Assembly: GCA_049324415.1 (NCBI GenBank)
Contig: JBMOOS010000015.1
Span: 12,491-76,490, forward strand
Direction: 5' to 3'
Source: Pseudomonadota bacterium
GTDB lineage: Bacteria; Pseudomonadota; Alphaproteobacteria; Sphingomonadales; CAKZYD01
Length of the DNA stretch: 64,000 nt
In this document: in pieces, positions 38,823 through 48,809 of the stretch
How the letters are laid out: every line of letters begins with the position of its first letter
Position numbering within the stretch: the stretch's first letter is position 1
Position numbers and translations under genes: made by a program
Notes under the pieces: model-generated
The model's input: the letters and a program-made list of their open reading frames with translations, nothing else
Told to the model about the DNA's origin: nothing
Databases searched by the model: none

Positions 38823-39458
38823 ATGAATTTCTTCTATATTCCAATTGGGCTGCTCATCGGCCTTGTCGTCGCCGCGCCAGTGGGGCCGGTCAACCTCATC
38901 TGCATCAACCGCAGCTTTCGCCATGGTCCGTGGCGCGGGTTTGCGGTCGGCATCGCGGCGGCGCTTGGCGACGGGCTGTTTGCCCTGGTGGCGGCCCTTG
39001 GCTTTTCCCAGCTCGCCGACATCGTGGCCGTGCAGCGCGATGTCTTCCGCCTCACAGGCGGGACCATCACCCTTGCCTTCGCCTGGTTTGTCTGGCGCTC
39101 GGCGCCGCATCTCGACACCGCCCGGCCGGAAGTGGGGGGACCGTGGCGACAAGGCCTTGCGGTCTTTACCATGACCATCGTCAATCCCGCGACCTTGACC
39201 GCCTTTTTGGCGATCTTCGCGGGCTCCTCCTTTAACGATGTGGGCAACGGCTCGGCCAGCGCCATCGCCAATGCCGGCATTCTGGTGGCGGGCGTTTTCA
39301 CCGGCTCGCTTCTCTGGTGGCTGTCGCTGTGCCATGGCGCCGCCCTCTTGAAAGACAAGATTTCCGATGCCGTTCTGGTGAGGATCAATCATGTCACCGC
39401 CATCCTGCTGGCGGTGTTCGGCGTCGCCGCCGTTATCGCCGGGCTGCATCGCGGTTAA
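38823..39458 (+). CDS. LysE family translocator
   Basis: 211-aa multi-TM protein with N-terminal AAPVGPVNLICI. Confidence 0.8.
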   Translation: MNFFYIPIGLLIGLVVAAPVGPVNLICINRSFRHGPWRGFAVGIAAALGDGLFALVAALGFSQLADIVAVQRDVFRLTGGTITLAFAWFVWRSAPHLDTARPEVGGPWRQGLAVFTMTIVNPATLTAFLAIFAGSSFNDVGNGSASAIANAGILVAGVFTGSLLWWLSLCHGAALLKDKISDAVLVRINHVTAILLAVFGVAAVIAGLHRG

Positions 39459-39469
39459 TATTTTATTAT
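39455..39469 (+). promoter_or_regulatory. near-consensus CtrA box (TTAA-N7-TTAT) upstream of chpT
   Basis: TTAATATTTTATTAT, 86-100 nt upstream of the chpT ATG, in a locally AT-rich spacer. One mismatch to TTAA-N7-TTAA. Confidence 0.25.
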
Positions 39470-39554
39470 GGAGGACATGAGAAAGCTTGAGTGTCCGTGC
39501 GTGGCGAAATTGATGACCCTTTCATGGAAGGCTATTTGAACGTGGAAAACCGCC

Positions 39555-40217
39555 ATGGCTGAAGATCGCGTTCGCGACTGCCTGAACCTCGACTTTGCCG
39601 CCCTGTTGTGCTCGCGCCTCTGCCACGACCTGGTGAGCCCGGTGGGGGCGATCGGCAACGGGGTGGAAATCCTGCGCGACGAAGATGACGAGGAGATGCG
39701 CGGCCAGGTTCTTTCCCTGCTCGAGGACAGCGCCCGCCAGACCAGCAATCGTTTACAGTTTTTCCGCCTCGCTTTCGGCGCGGCGGGCGGTTTCGGCAGC
39801 ACCCTTGATGCCCGCGAGGCGCATAAGGCGGCGGCCAATTTTTTTGGCGGCGGCAAGGTCGACTTGGATTGGCTGCCCGACAGCGCGCCGATGCCTAAGG
39901 ATGTGGTGAAACTGGTTCTCAACCTCGTGCTGATCGCCAGCGAATCGCTCATCAGGGGCGGGCGGATCGCGGTCGACCTGCGGCTTGAGGATGACCGCTA
40001 TCAAGGGTGCATCACCGCGACGGGCGAGCGCCTCCTGCTGGCGGACACGGTGCGCAAGGCCTTGATCGAAGGCTTGCCGCGGGCCGAGCTCGAGCCCCGC
40101 TCGGCCCCGGCACAGCTTTGTTTCATGCTGGCCAAGGCGCTTGGCGCGGTGGTGCGGGTGGAACTGAACGCGCCGCATCGTTTAAGCATGAATTTTTCCC
40201 TCGCCAAGCCAGCGTGA
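39555..40217 (+). CDS. chpT: histidine phosphotransferase ChpT (CckA-ChpT-CtrA relay)
   Basis: LCSRLCHDLVSPVGAIGNGVEIL with the phosphorylatable His context and RLQFFRLAFGAAG. About 220 aa, like Caulobacter ChpT. Confidence 0.8.
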   Translation: MAEDRVRDCLNLDFAALLCSRLCHDLVSPVGAIGNGVEILRDEDDEEMRGQVLSLLEDSARQTSNRLQFFRLAFGAAGGFGSTLDAREAHKAAANFFGGGKVDLDWLPDSAPMPKDVVKLVLNLVLIASESLIRGGRIAVDLRLEDDRYQGCITATGERLLLADTVRKALIEGLPRAELEPRSAPAQLCFMLAKALGAVVRVELNAPHRLSMNFSLAKPA

Positions 40218-40372
40218 AGCGATATTCGGGCGCCAGCGCACCGATGAAATCGCGGCTTTCCCCTTCCCATATTTAGCAGCTTCTTAACCCTTATCGGCAA
40301 CAGTGGCGAGAAGCCGCTTTGCCGGTGCCTACCGGCATGGCGTCAAGTAACGACGGCGAGGGGCGTACCTCC

Positions 40373-43054
40373 ATGGATGATTTGTTAATCGAGTTTCTCA
40401 CTGAAACCGCGGAAAGCATCGATGTTGTCGATGTCGAGATCGTCAAGCTCGAGCAAGACCCCAACAACAAGGCGGTGCTCGACAACATCTTTCGCCTTGT
40501 CCACACCATCAAGGGCACATGCGGCTTTCTCGGCTTGCCGCGGCTCGAAGCCGTTGCCCACTCGGCGGAAAATGTGCTGGGCAAGTTCCGCGACGGCAAG
40601 CTCGAGGTCAATGCCGAGGCGGTCACCTTGATCCTGAACTCGCTTGACAGGATTAAGGAAATTCTCGCCGGCCTCGAGGCGACCCAACAAGAGCCCGAAG
40701 GCGACGACAGCGCCTTGATCGCCCATCTCGACGCCGTGGCGGCGGGCAAGGCCATGCCGGTCAAGGCGCCTGAAGAAGGCGACCCGATGGCCGCGACCGA
40801 GGCCATGCTCGGGCGCAAGCTTAAAGCCGGCGAGGTTCCTCTCGATGAGCTCGAGGCGGCGTTCGCCGCCGCGCCCGGGCCCGAATCGCGCGAGGAGGAG
40901 GCGCGCGAGGATAGCCCGCCGGCGCGCGAGGCCCATAAGCCGGCGCCCGTTTCGACGCCCACGGCGGCAAAGCAGGCCAGCGATGCCCAAACCGAAAGCC
41001 AGCGCTCCACCCAATCGATCCGGGTCAATGTCGATTTGCTCGAGCATTTGATGAACCTTGTCTCGGAACTGGTCTTGACCCGCAATCAGCTCCTGCAAAT
41101 GGTGCGGCGCATGGAGGACAGCGAGTTCGCCGTCCCCTTGCAGCGTCTGTCGCAATGCACCACCGAGCTGCAGGAGGGCGTCATGAAGACGCGCATGCAG
41201 CCGATCGGCAACGCCTGGTCGAAGCTGCCGCGCATCATCCGCGATCTTTCGGTCGAGCTGGGAAAGAAAATCGATATTGAAATGCGCGGCGCGGATACCG
41301 AGCTCGACCGGCAGGTCCTCGAGCTCATCAAGGATCCGCTGACCCACATGGTGCGCAACTCGGCCGATCACGGCATCGAGATGCCGGCCGATCGGGTGAA
41401 GGCTGGCAAGCCGGAGACCGGCGCGGTCCGCCTCAACGCCTATCATGAAGGCGGCCACATCATCATCGTCATCTCCGACGATGGCCGCGGCATCGATACC
41501 GAGCGCCTGAAAGCCAAGGCCCTGGAAAACGGCCTGGCGAGCGAGGCCGAGCTGGAGACGATGACGGAATCGCAGATCCAGAAATTCATCTTCCACGCCG
41601 GCCTGTCGACGGCGCAGCAAGTGACCGCGGTTTCGGGACGCGGCGTCGGCATGGACGTGGTGCGCTCCAATATCGAAAAGATCGGCGGGACCATCGATCT
41701 GGTGTCGCAGCAGGGCAAGGGAACGACCTTCTATATCAAGATCCCGCTGACCCTCGCCATTGTGTCGGCCTTGATCGTCCAGGCGTCGACCGAACGGTTC
41801 GCGATCCCGCAGATCAGCGTCCTTGAACTGGTGCGCGCCTCCGATCAGTCAGAGCATACCATCGAGCAGATCAACGATACGCCGGTTTTGCGACTGCGCA
41901 ATCGTCTGCTGCCGTTGATCTATCTGCGCGACATCCTGGGCTTTGAGCGGGATAAAAGCGCTTCCGGAGATGATTTTATCGTGGTCACCCAGGTGGGCGC
42001 CTTCACCTTCGGCATCGTCGTCGACCAGGTGTTCGACACCGAGGAAATCGTCGTCAAGCCGGTTGCCCCCATCCTCAAGGACCTCGCCGTATATTCCGGC
42101 AACACCATCCTGGGCGATGGCAGCGTGATCATGATCCTCGACCCCAACGGCATCGCCAACGCGGTGACCAATGCGATGCAGGATTCCGAGCAGATCGACG
42201 ATGCCGGCGTTCAGGCGCGCTTGTCGGAAGGCGAGCGCGAAAGCATGCTCCTGTTCCGCGCCGGCAAGGGCGGGCCGAAAGCCGTGCCGCTCTCGCTGGT
42301 GGCGCGGCTCGAGGAAGTGGAGGTCGCAGCCATCGAATATGCCGATGAACAGCCGATGGTGCAGTACCGCGGTGCCTTGATGCCGCTGGTGACGGTGAGC
42401 CCCAGCATGACCTTGCGCAGCGAGGGCCGCCAGCCCGTGCTGGTCTTTGCCGACGGCGATCGCTCCATGGGTCTGGCGGTGGACGAAATCCTCGATATCG
42501 TCGAGGACGAGTTGCAAATCCAGCTCAACACCGAGACCAATGGCCTCATCGGCACGGCGGTGGTCAACGGCAAGGTGACCGAGATCATCGACGTCGCCCA
42601 TTATCTTAAATTCGCTTTCCGCGACTGGCTCGATGGCAAGAAGCGGATGGGCAAGAAGGTAAAGGGCGGCGCGCAGCGACGCATTCTCTTGATCGATGAC
42701 AGCTCGTTCTTCCGCAACATGCTCAAGCCACTGCTGATGGCCACCGGCTATCAGGTCACCACCGCGCCGGACGCCGAGGCGGCCTTGAAGCTGCGCGAGG
42801 AAGGGCAGAAGTTCGACCTCATCGTTTCCGATATCGAAATGCCGGGCCTCAGCGGTTTCGAGTTTGCCGAAATGGTGAAGGGTGGCGGCGTCTGGGCCGA
42901 AACGCCCCTCATCGCGCTCTCCGCCTTGAACACCGACAAGGATTTCGAGCGCGGCCGCAAGGCGGGCTTTAACGACTATGTCGCCAAGATGGACCGCGAG
43001 GCGCTGCTTGCCGCGCTCGCCGATCAATTGGCCATTCACGAGAATGCGGCCTGA
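40373..43054 (+). CDS. cheA: chemotaxis histidine kinase CheA with C-terminal receiver domain
   Basis: Hpt HTIKGTCGFLG; HATPase DDGRGID and GRGVGMDVV; a CheW-like domain; C-terminal REC ILLIDDS...DLIVSDIEMPG...AKMD. Confidence 0.93.
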   Translation: MDDLLIEFLTETAESIDVVDVEIVKLEQDPNNKAVLDNIFRLVHTIKGTCGFLGLPRLEAVAHSAENVLGKFRDGKLEVNAEAVTLILNSLDRIKEILAGLEATQQEPEGDDSALIAHLDAVAAGKAMPVKAPEEGDPMAATEAMLGRKLKAGEVPLDELEAAFAAAPGPESREEEAREDSPPAREAHKPAPVSTPTAAKQASDAQTESQRSTQSIRVNVDLLEHLMNLVSELVLTRNQLLQMVRRMEDSEFAVPLQRLSQCTTELQEGVMKTRMQPIGNAWSKLPRIIRDLSVELGKKIDIEMRGADTELDRQVLELIKDPLTHMVRNSADHGIEMPADRVKAGKPETGAVRLNAYHEGGHIIIVISDDGRGIDTERLKAKALENGLASEAELETMTESQIQKFIFHAGLSTAQQVTAVSGRGVGMDVVRSNIEKIGGTIDLVSQQGKGTTFYIKIPLTLAIVSALIVQASTERFAIPQISVLELVRASDQSEHTIEQINDTPVLRLRNRLLPLIYLRDILGFERDKSASGDDFIVVTQVGAFTFGIVVDQVFDTEEIVVKPVAPILKDLAVYSGNTILGDGSVIMILDPNGIANAVTNAMQDSEQIDDAGVQARLSEGERESMLLFRAGKGGPKAVPLSLVARLEEVEVAAIEYADEQPMVQYRGALMPLVTVSPSMTLRSEGRQPVLVFADGDRSMGLAVDEILDIVEDELQIQLNTETNGLIGTAVVNGKVTEIIDVAHYLKFAFRDWLDGKKRMGKKVKGGAQRRILLIDDSSFFRNMLKPLLMATGYQVTTAPDAEAALKLREEGQKFDLIVSDIEMPGLSGFEFAEMVKGGGVWAETPLIALSALNTDKDFERGRKAGFNDYVAKMDREALLAALADQLAIHENAA

Positions 43055-43083
43055 TTGGCGCGCCGGCTTGGGAGTCAGGATTT

Positions 43084-43542
43084 ATGGAGAGCACCACCAA
43101 GGATTTCGTCACCATTCGGCTGGCGGGCCAACTGCTCGGCGTGCCCGTGCTGGCCGTGCACGATGTGCTGAACGCGCAGAACATCACGCGCATTCCCAAG
43201 GCGCCACGCTGGGTGGCGGGCGTTCTTAATCTGCGGGGCCGCATCGTGACCGCGATCGATTTGCGCGCCCGGCTGTACTTGCCCCCGAGGGACGCCAAGG
43301 ACGGCAGCCGCGGCAGCATGAGCGTCGTCGTCGAGCACCGCGGCGAGCCCTATAGCCTGCTCATCGACAGCGTCGGCGAGGTGCTGAGCCTCGACATCTC
43401 GACCTTCGAGAAGAACCCGGTAACGCTGGACCCCCGCTGGTGCGAGGTTTCAGCGGGCATTTACCGGCTGGAAAAGGAATTGCTCGTCGTCCTGGATGTG
43501 CGCCGCTTGCTGGAGTTCGAACAGCATGCAAGCGCCGCGTGA
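43084..43542 (+). CDS. cheW: chemotaxis coupling protein CheW
   Basis: 152 aa with a CheW-like domain (FVTIRLAGQLLGVPVLAVHDVL). Confidence 0.92.
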   Translation: MESTTKDFVTIRLAGQLLGVPVLAVHDVLNAQNITRIPKAPRWVAGVLNLRGRIVTAIDLRARLYLPPRDAKDGSRGSMSVVVEHRGEPYSLLIDSVGEVLSLDISTFEKNPVTLDPRWCEVSAGIYRLEKELLVVLDVRRLLEFEQHASAA

Positions 43543-43594
43543 ACGGAAGGCGTCCGCTGATGTTGGATTGGTCTGAGGTCAAGGAGCAGATTTT

Positions 43595-43960
43595 ATGAAG
43601 ACCTGCATGGTGGTCGACGATTCAAAGGTCATCAGGCGTGTCGCCCGCCGCATTCTCGAGGAGATGCGCTTCGAGATTGAAGAAGCCGTTGACGGCCAGG
43701 ATGCCTGGGAGCAGTGCCAGGCGAACATGCCGGACGTCGTTCTCTTGGACTGGAACATGCCGGTCATGAGCGGGATCGAGTTCCTGCGCAAGCTGCGCGG
43801 GGCGACCGGTCTCAATCAACCCATCGTGGTTTTCTGCACCACGGAAAACGACATGGCGCATATCCGCGCCGCCATCGAGGCGGGCGCCGACGAATATATC
43901 ATGAAGCCTTTCGACCGTGAAATCATCGAAGCGAAATTTTCCCAAGTAGGACTGATTTGA
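43595..43960 (+). CDS. cheY: chemotaxis response regulator CheY
   Basis: VVDDSKVIRR, LLDWNMPVMSG, YIMKPF. Confidence 0.93.
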   Translation: MKTCMVVDDSKVIRRVARRILEEMRFEIEEAVDGQDAWEQCQANMPDVVLLDWNMPVMSGIEFLRKLRGATGLNQPIVVFCTTENDMAHIRAAIEAGADEYIMKPFDREIIEAKFSQVGLI

Positions 43961-45133
43961 GTGACCGCCTTGCCTTCTGCCCAAACCATCGCTATCCCCC
44001 GCGCCAGCAACGCCTTTCGTGTCCTTGTCGTCGATGATTCAGCGGTTATTCGCGGCCTGATCTCCCGCTGGCTGGAGGAAGATCCGGCGATCCAGGTGGT
44101 GGCGAGTGCGGCAAATGGCGCGATCGCGCTCTCCATGGCGAAGAAGACCCAGCCCGAACTCGTCATTCTCGATATCGAAATGCCGGAGATGGACGGCCTT
44201 ACCGCCCTGCCTCTGTTGATCGAGGCGGTGCCCGGCGTCCAGGTCATCATGGCCTCGACGCTGACCCTGCGCAATGCCGATATTTCCCTGCGGGCCTTGC
44301 AAATGGGCGCGGCGGATTACATCCCCAAGCCGGAAAGCCGGGGCCAGGTGGCGAGCAGCCTCGATTTCCGGCGCGAGGTGGTGGAAAAGGTCAAGGCCCT
44401 GGGCGCTGCGGCGCGGCGCACGCGCGGCCTCATGCCGCCGACGACCATGCGCGGGCCGGCGATCCACGACCACGCAACGGCGGAAATAGCCGGGGCGCCG
44501 GCCAGCAAGCCGCCGCTGGCCTTGAGCCTGAGGCCGATGACGCTTGAAGGGCCGCCGCGCGTGCTGGCCATCGGCGCTTCCACCGGCGGGCCGCAAGCCT
44601 TGTTCGAAATCTTCAAGACGCTGAAGAACGACATCAAGATTCCGGTGGTGCTGACCCAGCACATGCCAGTGGCCTTCACCGCCATCCTCGCTGACCACCT
44701 GCAGCGCCTGTCGGGGATCCCCGCCAGGGAAGGCGTGGATGGCGAGACGCTCGAGCCCGGCCGCATCTATGTCGCGCCGGGCGATTACCACATGCTGGTG
44801 GAAGAGGCGGACGGCGCGCCGCGGATCCGCATCACCCAAGATCCCCCTGAGAATTTTTGCCGGCCCGCTGTCGATCCCATGTTCCGCAGCCTGGCCAAGG
44901 TCTATGGCCCCCGTGTTCTGTCGGTCATTTTGACCGGCATGGGCCAGGATGGCCTCAAGGGGGCGCGCGAAGTGGTCGCCGGGGGCGGCATATTGTTGGC
45001 GCAGGATGCGGCAACGAGCGTCGTTTGGGGCATGCCCGGCACCGTCGCCAAGGCGGGCATCTGTCATGCCGTCTTGCCTTTAGGCGAGATTGCGCCGCGG
45101 CTGAAGAGGCTACTGCGGGGAGAAAGTCGTTGA
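43961..45133 (+). CDS. cheB: protein-glutamate methylesterase CheB
   Basis: REC domain (VLVVDDSAVIRG, ILDIEMPEMDG) plus esterase domain (GASTGGPQAL, GMGQDG). GTG start. Confidence 0.93.
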   Translation: MTALPSAQTIAIPRASNAFRVLVVDDSAVIRGLISRWLEEDPAIQVVASAANGAIALSMAKKTQPELVILDIEMPEMDGLTALPLLIEAVPGVQVIMASTLTLRNADISLRALQMGAADYIPKPESRGQVASSLDFRREVVEKVKALGAAARRTRGLMPPTTMRGPAIHDHATAEIAGAPASKPPLALSLRPMTLEGPPRVLAIGASTGGPQALFEIFKTLKNDIKIPVVLTQHMPVAFTAILADHLQRLSGIPAREGVDGETLEPGRIYVAPGDYHMLVEEADGAPRIRITQDPPENFCRPAVDPMFRSLAKVYGPRVLSVILTGMGQDGLKGAREVVAGGGILLAQDAATSVVWGMPGTVAKAGICHAVLPLGEIAPRLKRLLRGESR

Positions 45134-45978
45134 GGGCGCAGGATTTCGAATTGCTGGCGCGCTTGTTGCGAGAGCGCTCCGGCCTGGTGCTGACACCGGA
45201 GAAGACCTACCTCCTGGAGTCGCGGCTGACGCCGTTGGCGCGGCGCAATGGCTATGAGACGCTCGATCGCCTGATCGAGGAAATCCGCGCGAAATCGGAT
45301 GAGGAGCTGATCCGGGAAGTCACCGAGGCGATGACCACCAATGAGTCATTCTTCTTCCGTGACATGACGCCGTTCGACAATATGAAAAACCACGTGCTGC
45401 CCATGCTGCGGCAAAAAAAAGCCGTGGACCGCCGTATTCGCATCTGGTGCGCCGCGTGCTCGACCGGCCAGGAACCCTATTCTCTGGCCATGCTGTTGAA
45501 AGAGAACGAAGCGCAATGGCAAGGATGGCGCATCGAGATCATCGGCACCGACATTGCCCGCAACGTGTTGAAAAAAGCCCAGGAAGGCATTTATTCCCAG
45601 TTCGAGGTGCAAAGGGGCCTGCCCATCCAGCTCATGATCAAATACTTCACGCAAAATGGTGATCTTTGGCAGATTTCCAAGGATCTGCGAGAGATGGTGA
45701 CGTATAAGGAGTTCAATCTCCTCAGCCCCTTTTCGGGCCTTGGCCAGTTCGACGTGGTTTTCTGCCGCAATGTGCTCATTTATTTCGACCCGGCGACCAA
45801 GGGCGAGATCCTGCGCCGTCTGCACGGCGTTATGCCGGTGCACGGCAGCTTGTTCCTTGGGGCGGCGGAAACGGTCATCGGCATCACCGACAAGTTCAAG
45901 GCGGTGAAGGGGCTGCGCGGCCTTTACGTGCCGACGGAAGCCGCCGATACGGCGCCGCTCGCCGCCGCCAGCGCTTAA
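45130..45978 (+). CDS. cheR: chemotaxis protein methyltransferase CheR
   Basis: ESFFFRD, RIWCAACSTGQEPYS, FCRNVLIYF. TTG 45130 overlaps the cheB TGA, with GGGGAGAAAG upstream. Confidence 0.9.
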   Translation: MRAQDFELLARLLRERSGLVLTPEKTYLLESRLTPLARRNGYETLDRLIEEIRAKSDEELIREVTEAMTTNESFFFRDMTPFDNMKNHVLPMLRQKKAVDRRIRIWCAACSTGQEPYSLAMLLKENEAQWQGWRIEIIGTDIARNVLKKAQEGIYSQFEVQRGLPIQLMIKYFTQNGDLWQISKDLREMVTYKEFNLLSPFSGLGQFDVVFCRNVLIYFDPATKGEILRRLHGVMPVHGSLFLGAAETVIGITDKFKAVKGLRGLYVPTEAADTAPLAAASA

Positions 45979-46068
45979 GTCTCCCCTTCGCACGCCCCAT
46001 CGCGCAAGAAAACAGAAGGCCGGCGCGTAGCCGACCCGGTTGTTCTGTTGGCCTTTGCTTCGGGCTTT

Positions 46069-46782
46069 TTAGGCGTTCACCACCTGGCGCTGCTCGGCGG
46101 ACATGTCCTCCGGGTCGCGCAGCACATAGCCACGGCCCCAGACGGTCTCGATATAGTTTTCGCCATTGGTGGCGGAGGCCAGTTTCTTGCGCAATTTACA
46201 GATGAAGACGTCGATGATCTTGAGTTCGGGCTCGTCCATGCCGCCGTAAAGATGATTAAGGAACATCTCCTTGGTAAGGGTCGTGCCCTTGCGCAAGGAC
46301 AACAATTCCAGCATGGCGTATTCCTTGCCGGTGAGGTGAACCCGGCTGCCGTTCACTTCCACCGTCTTGGCGTCCAGGTTGACCGCCAGCTTGCCGGTGC
46401 GGATGACCGACTGCGCATGCCCCTTGGAACGGCGCACGATGGCGTGGATGCGGGCGACCAGTTCCTCCTTGTGAAAGGGCTTGGTGAGATAGTCGTCGGC
46501 GCCGAAGCCCAGCCCCTTGACCTTGTTGTCAAGCTCGACCATGCCGGACAGGATGAGGATCGGCGTGCCGACCTTGGCAAGGCGCAGCTTTTTCAAGACG
46601 TCATAGCCGTGCATGTCGGGCAGGTTGAGATCGAGAAGAATGATGTCATAGTCATAGAGCTTGCCAAGATCGAGGCCTTCCTCGCCAAGATCTGTGGAAT
46701 AAACGTTGAAACCTTCCGAGGAAAGCATCAATTCTATGCTCTTTGAGGTTGACGTGTCGTCTTCGATTAATAATACGCGCAT
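46069..46782 (-). CDS. ctrA: cell-cycle response regulator CtrA
   Basis: MRVLLIEDD...[26 protein letters not shown], and the OmpR-type C-terminus [13 protein letters not shown]...[11 protein letters not shown]. Very CtrA-like throughout. Confidence 0.93.
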   Translation of the reverse strand: MRVLLIEDDTSTSKSIELMLSSEGFNVYSTDLGEEGLDLGKLYDYDIILLDLNLPDMHGYDVLKKLRLAKVGTPILILSGMVELDNKVKGLGFGADDYLTKPFHKEELVARIHAIVRRSKGHAQSVIRTGKLAVNLDAKTVEVNGSRVHLTGKEYAMLELLSLRKGTTLTKEMFLNHLYGGMDEPELKIIDVFICKLRKKLASATNGENYIETVWGRGYVLRDPEDMSAEQRQVVNA

Positions 46783-46845
46783 GTGACTTGCCCCTTGCTC
46801 CTTCCCTTAGCCCCGTTCCGAGCGACGGCGATGGCGCTTTGTCCA

Positions 46846-46883
46846 TTAACCAAACTAAACGCAGTGTGCAGCGACTTGGTTAA
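46846..46883. promoter_or_regulatory. inverted pair of TTAACCAA octamers in the ctrA-fliI divergent spacer
   Basis: TTAACCAA at 46846-46853 and its complement TTGGTTAA at 46876-46883. It resembles the TTAACCAT CtrA half-site. Also TTAA-N7-TAAT at 46880-46894. Confidence 0.3.
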
Positions 46884-47014
46884 GAAACGGTAATCGATTA
46901 AAAGGCGCCCGCCGCTGACGCAAGCTTTTCGTTAACTTTACCGTCCATTAAGCCTCATCGGCCAATCTAAAACGCGGCGACAGCCAAGGGCGGCATCCGT
47001 CAAAAGGTCCGGGC

Positions 47015-48340
47015 GTGCAGGAACTTATTTCCGAAATTCAACGATTTAGGCCTGACCGCCGCTATGGGCGGGTGGTCGGCGTCCAGGGCCTTCTGGTGGA
47101 GGTCGCCGGCGCCCAGCGCAGCCTTGCGGTGGGAGCGCGGGTGATGATCAGGGCCCGCGACGGGCGTAAGGTCGCGGGCGAGGTGGTAGGGTTTCGCGCC
47201 GACCGCGCCCTCGTCATGCCCTTCACCGCCACCGATGGCCTGGGCATTGGTTGCCGCGCCGATGTCTTGGGCGCCGAGCCGGTGGTCTTTCCCAGCGACG
47301 CTTGGCTGGGGCGGGTGATCAACGCCTTTGGCGAGCCCTTGGACGGCAAGGGCCGGTTGCCCCAAGGCAGCCATGCCCGCCCCTTGCGCGCCCGTCCGCC
47401 CCGCGCCCACGATCGCCAAAGGGTCGCCGGCAAGGTGGATTTGGGGGTGCGGGCGCTGAACGCCTTCGTCACCTGCTGCCGCGGCCAGCGCATGGGCATA
47501 TTCTCGGGCTCGGGGGTCGGCAAGTCGGTTCTCTTGTCGATGCTCGCCCGATATACCCGGGCCGATGTCGCGGTGATCGGCCTCATTGGCGAGCGGGGCC
47601 GCGAGGTGCAGGAGTTTCTCGAGGACGATCTGGGCAAGGACGGGCTCGAGCGCAGCGTCGTCGTCGTCGCCACGTCGGACGAATCCGCCCTGATGCGCCG
47701 TCAGGCGGCCTATATGACGATGAGCGTTGCCGAGCATTTCCGCGACCACGGCAAGCATGTCTTGTGCATGATGGACAGCGTCACCCGCTTTGCCATGGCG
47801 CAGCGCGAGATCGGTCTGGCCGGCGGCGAGCCGCCGACGACGCGCGGCTACACGCCGACGGTTTTCGCCGAACTTCCCCGCCTTCTCGAGCGCGCCGGGC
47901 CGGGCCCGGCAGGGCAGGGGGCGATCACCGGCCTTTTCACCGTGCTGGTGGAGGGCGACGACCATAACGAGCCCGTCGCCGACGCGGTGCGCGGCATCCT
48001 CGACGGCCACATCGTGATGGAGCGGGCGATTGCCGAGCGTGGACGCTATCCGGCGATCAATGTCCTCAAATCGGTGTCGCGCACCATGCCGGCCTGCAAT
48101 ACGCCGGCGGAGACGGATCTCGTCACCGAGGCAAAGCAGGTCCTTGCCACCTATGCCGACATGGAGGAAATGATCCGTCTGGGCGCCTATCGCCAGGGCA
48201 GCAATGCCGAGGTCGACCGGGCGATCGCCCTCAATCCCGCTTTCGAGGCGTTCCTGAGCCAGGGCAAGGACGAAAAGGGCGACATGGCGGCGGGCTATGC
48301 CGCCATCGCGCGAATTCTCGGCCGCGATGACGCGCCCTGA
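47015..48340 (+). CDS. fliI: flagellum-specific ATPase FliI
   Basis: Walker A GSGVGKS and Walker [14 protein letters not shown] start. Confidence 0.93.
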   Translation: MQELISEIQRFRPDRRYGRVVGVQGLLVEVAGAQRSLAVGARVMIRARDGRKVAGEVVGFRADRALVMPFTATDGLGIGCRADVLGAEPVVFPSDAWLGRVINAFGEPLDGKGRLPQGSHARPLRARPPRAHDRQRVAGKVDLGVRALNAFVTCCRGQRMGIFSGSGVGKSVLLSMLARYTRADVAVIGLIGERGREVQEFLEDDLGKDGLERSVVVVATSDESALMRRQAAYMTMSVAEHFRDHGKHVLCMMDSVTRFAMAQREIGLAGGEPPTTRGYTPTVFAELPRLLERAGPGPAGQGAITGLFTVLVEGDDHNEPVADAVRGILDGHIVMERAIAERGRYPAINVLKSVSRTMPACNTPAETDLVTEAKQVLATYADMEEMIRLGAYRQGSNAEVDRAIALNPAFEAFLSQGKDEKGDMAAGYAAIARILGRDDAP

Positions 48341-48351
48341 AGGCGAGGCCG

Positions 48352-48792
48352 ATGCGCAAATACAAACAGCTCATCCGCCTCAAGAAATGGAATCTCGACA
48401 TCGCCCGGCGTGAGCTCGCCGAGCTGGAAGCCTTGCGCATGGAGCTGGCAGGCAAGATCGACGGCCTCGAGCGCGCCCTCGTGGAGGAGCAAATCGTCGC
48501 CAGCCGCGACGGTTTTCTGAGCTATTATGGGACCTTCGCCAAGGCGGAGATGGCGCGCCGCGACCGCTTCCGTCAGTCGATGGCCGAGATCGACCGGCGG
48601 ATCGCGGCCAAGATGGCGGACATCCAAGCCGCCTTTCAGGAATTGAAAACCGTCGAAATCGCCGCAGCGCGGGCCGCCGAGGCACGGCTATACCAACAAC
48701 GCCAGGCGGACCAGGCGGTCTTGGACGATGTCGCCGGCCAGCGCGCTTTCCGCGCCAGGCAGGACAAAACCCCATCGGCCAAAGGCCCGTGA
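48352..48792 (+). CDS. fliJ: flagellar export protein FliJ
   Basis: 146-aa coiled-coil-like protein directly after fliI (RLKKWNLDIARRELAELEAL). Confidence 0.7.
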   Translation: MRKYKQLIRLKKWNLDIARRELAELEALRMELAGKIDGLERALVEEQIVASRDGFLSYYGTFAKAEMARRDRFRQSMAEIDRRIAAKMADIQAAFQELKTVEIAAARAAEARLYQQRQADQAVLDDVAGQRAFRARQDKTPSAKGP

Positions 48793-48809
48793 CCCAGGCA
48801 TGGAAGAAA

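Noticed and set aside
39467-39538. 23-codon ORF MEDMRKLECPCVAKLMTLSWKAI in the chpT leader
   Set aside because: The only GGAGG overlaps the first ATG (39467) and sits only about 2 nt before the second ATG. There are no hydrophobic or conserved features. It was kept out of the feature list.
40385-43039. 411-aa and 396-aa minus-strand ORFs
   Set aside because: They are antisense to cheA. They have no motifs and an antisense-type composition.
45979-46068. Bidirectional terminator between cheR and ctrA
   Set aside because: Only imperfect stems are present (AACAGAA/TTCTGTT with a poorly paired interior). The T-run overlaps the ctrA stop. This is too weak to call.
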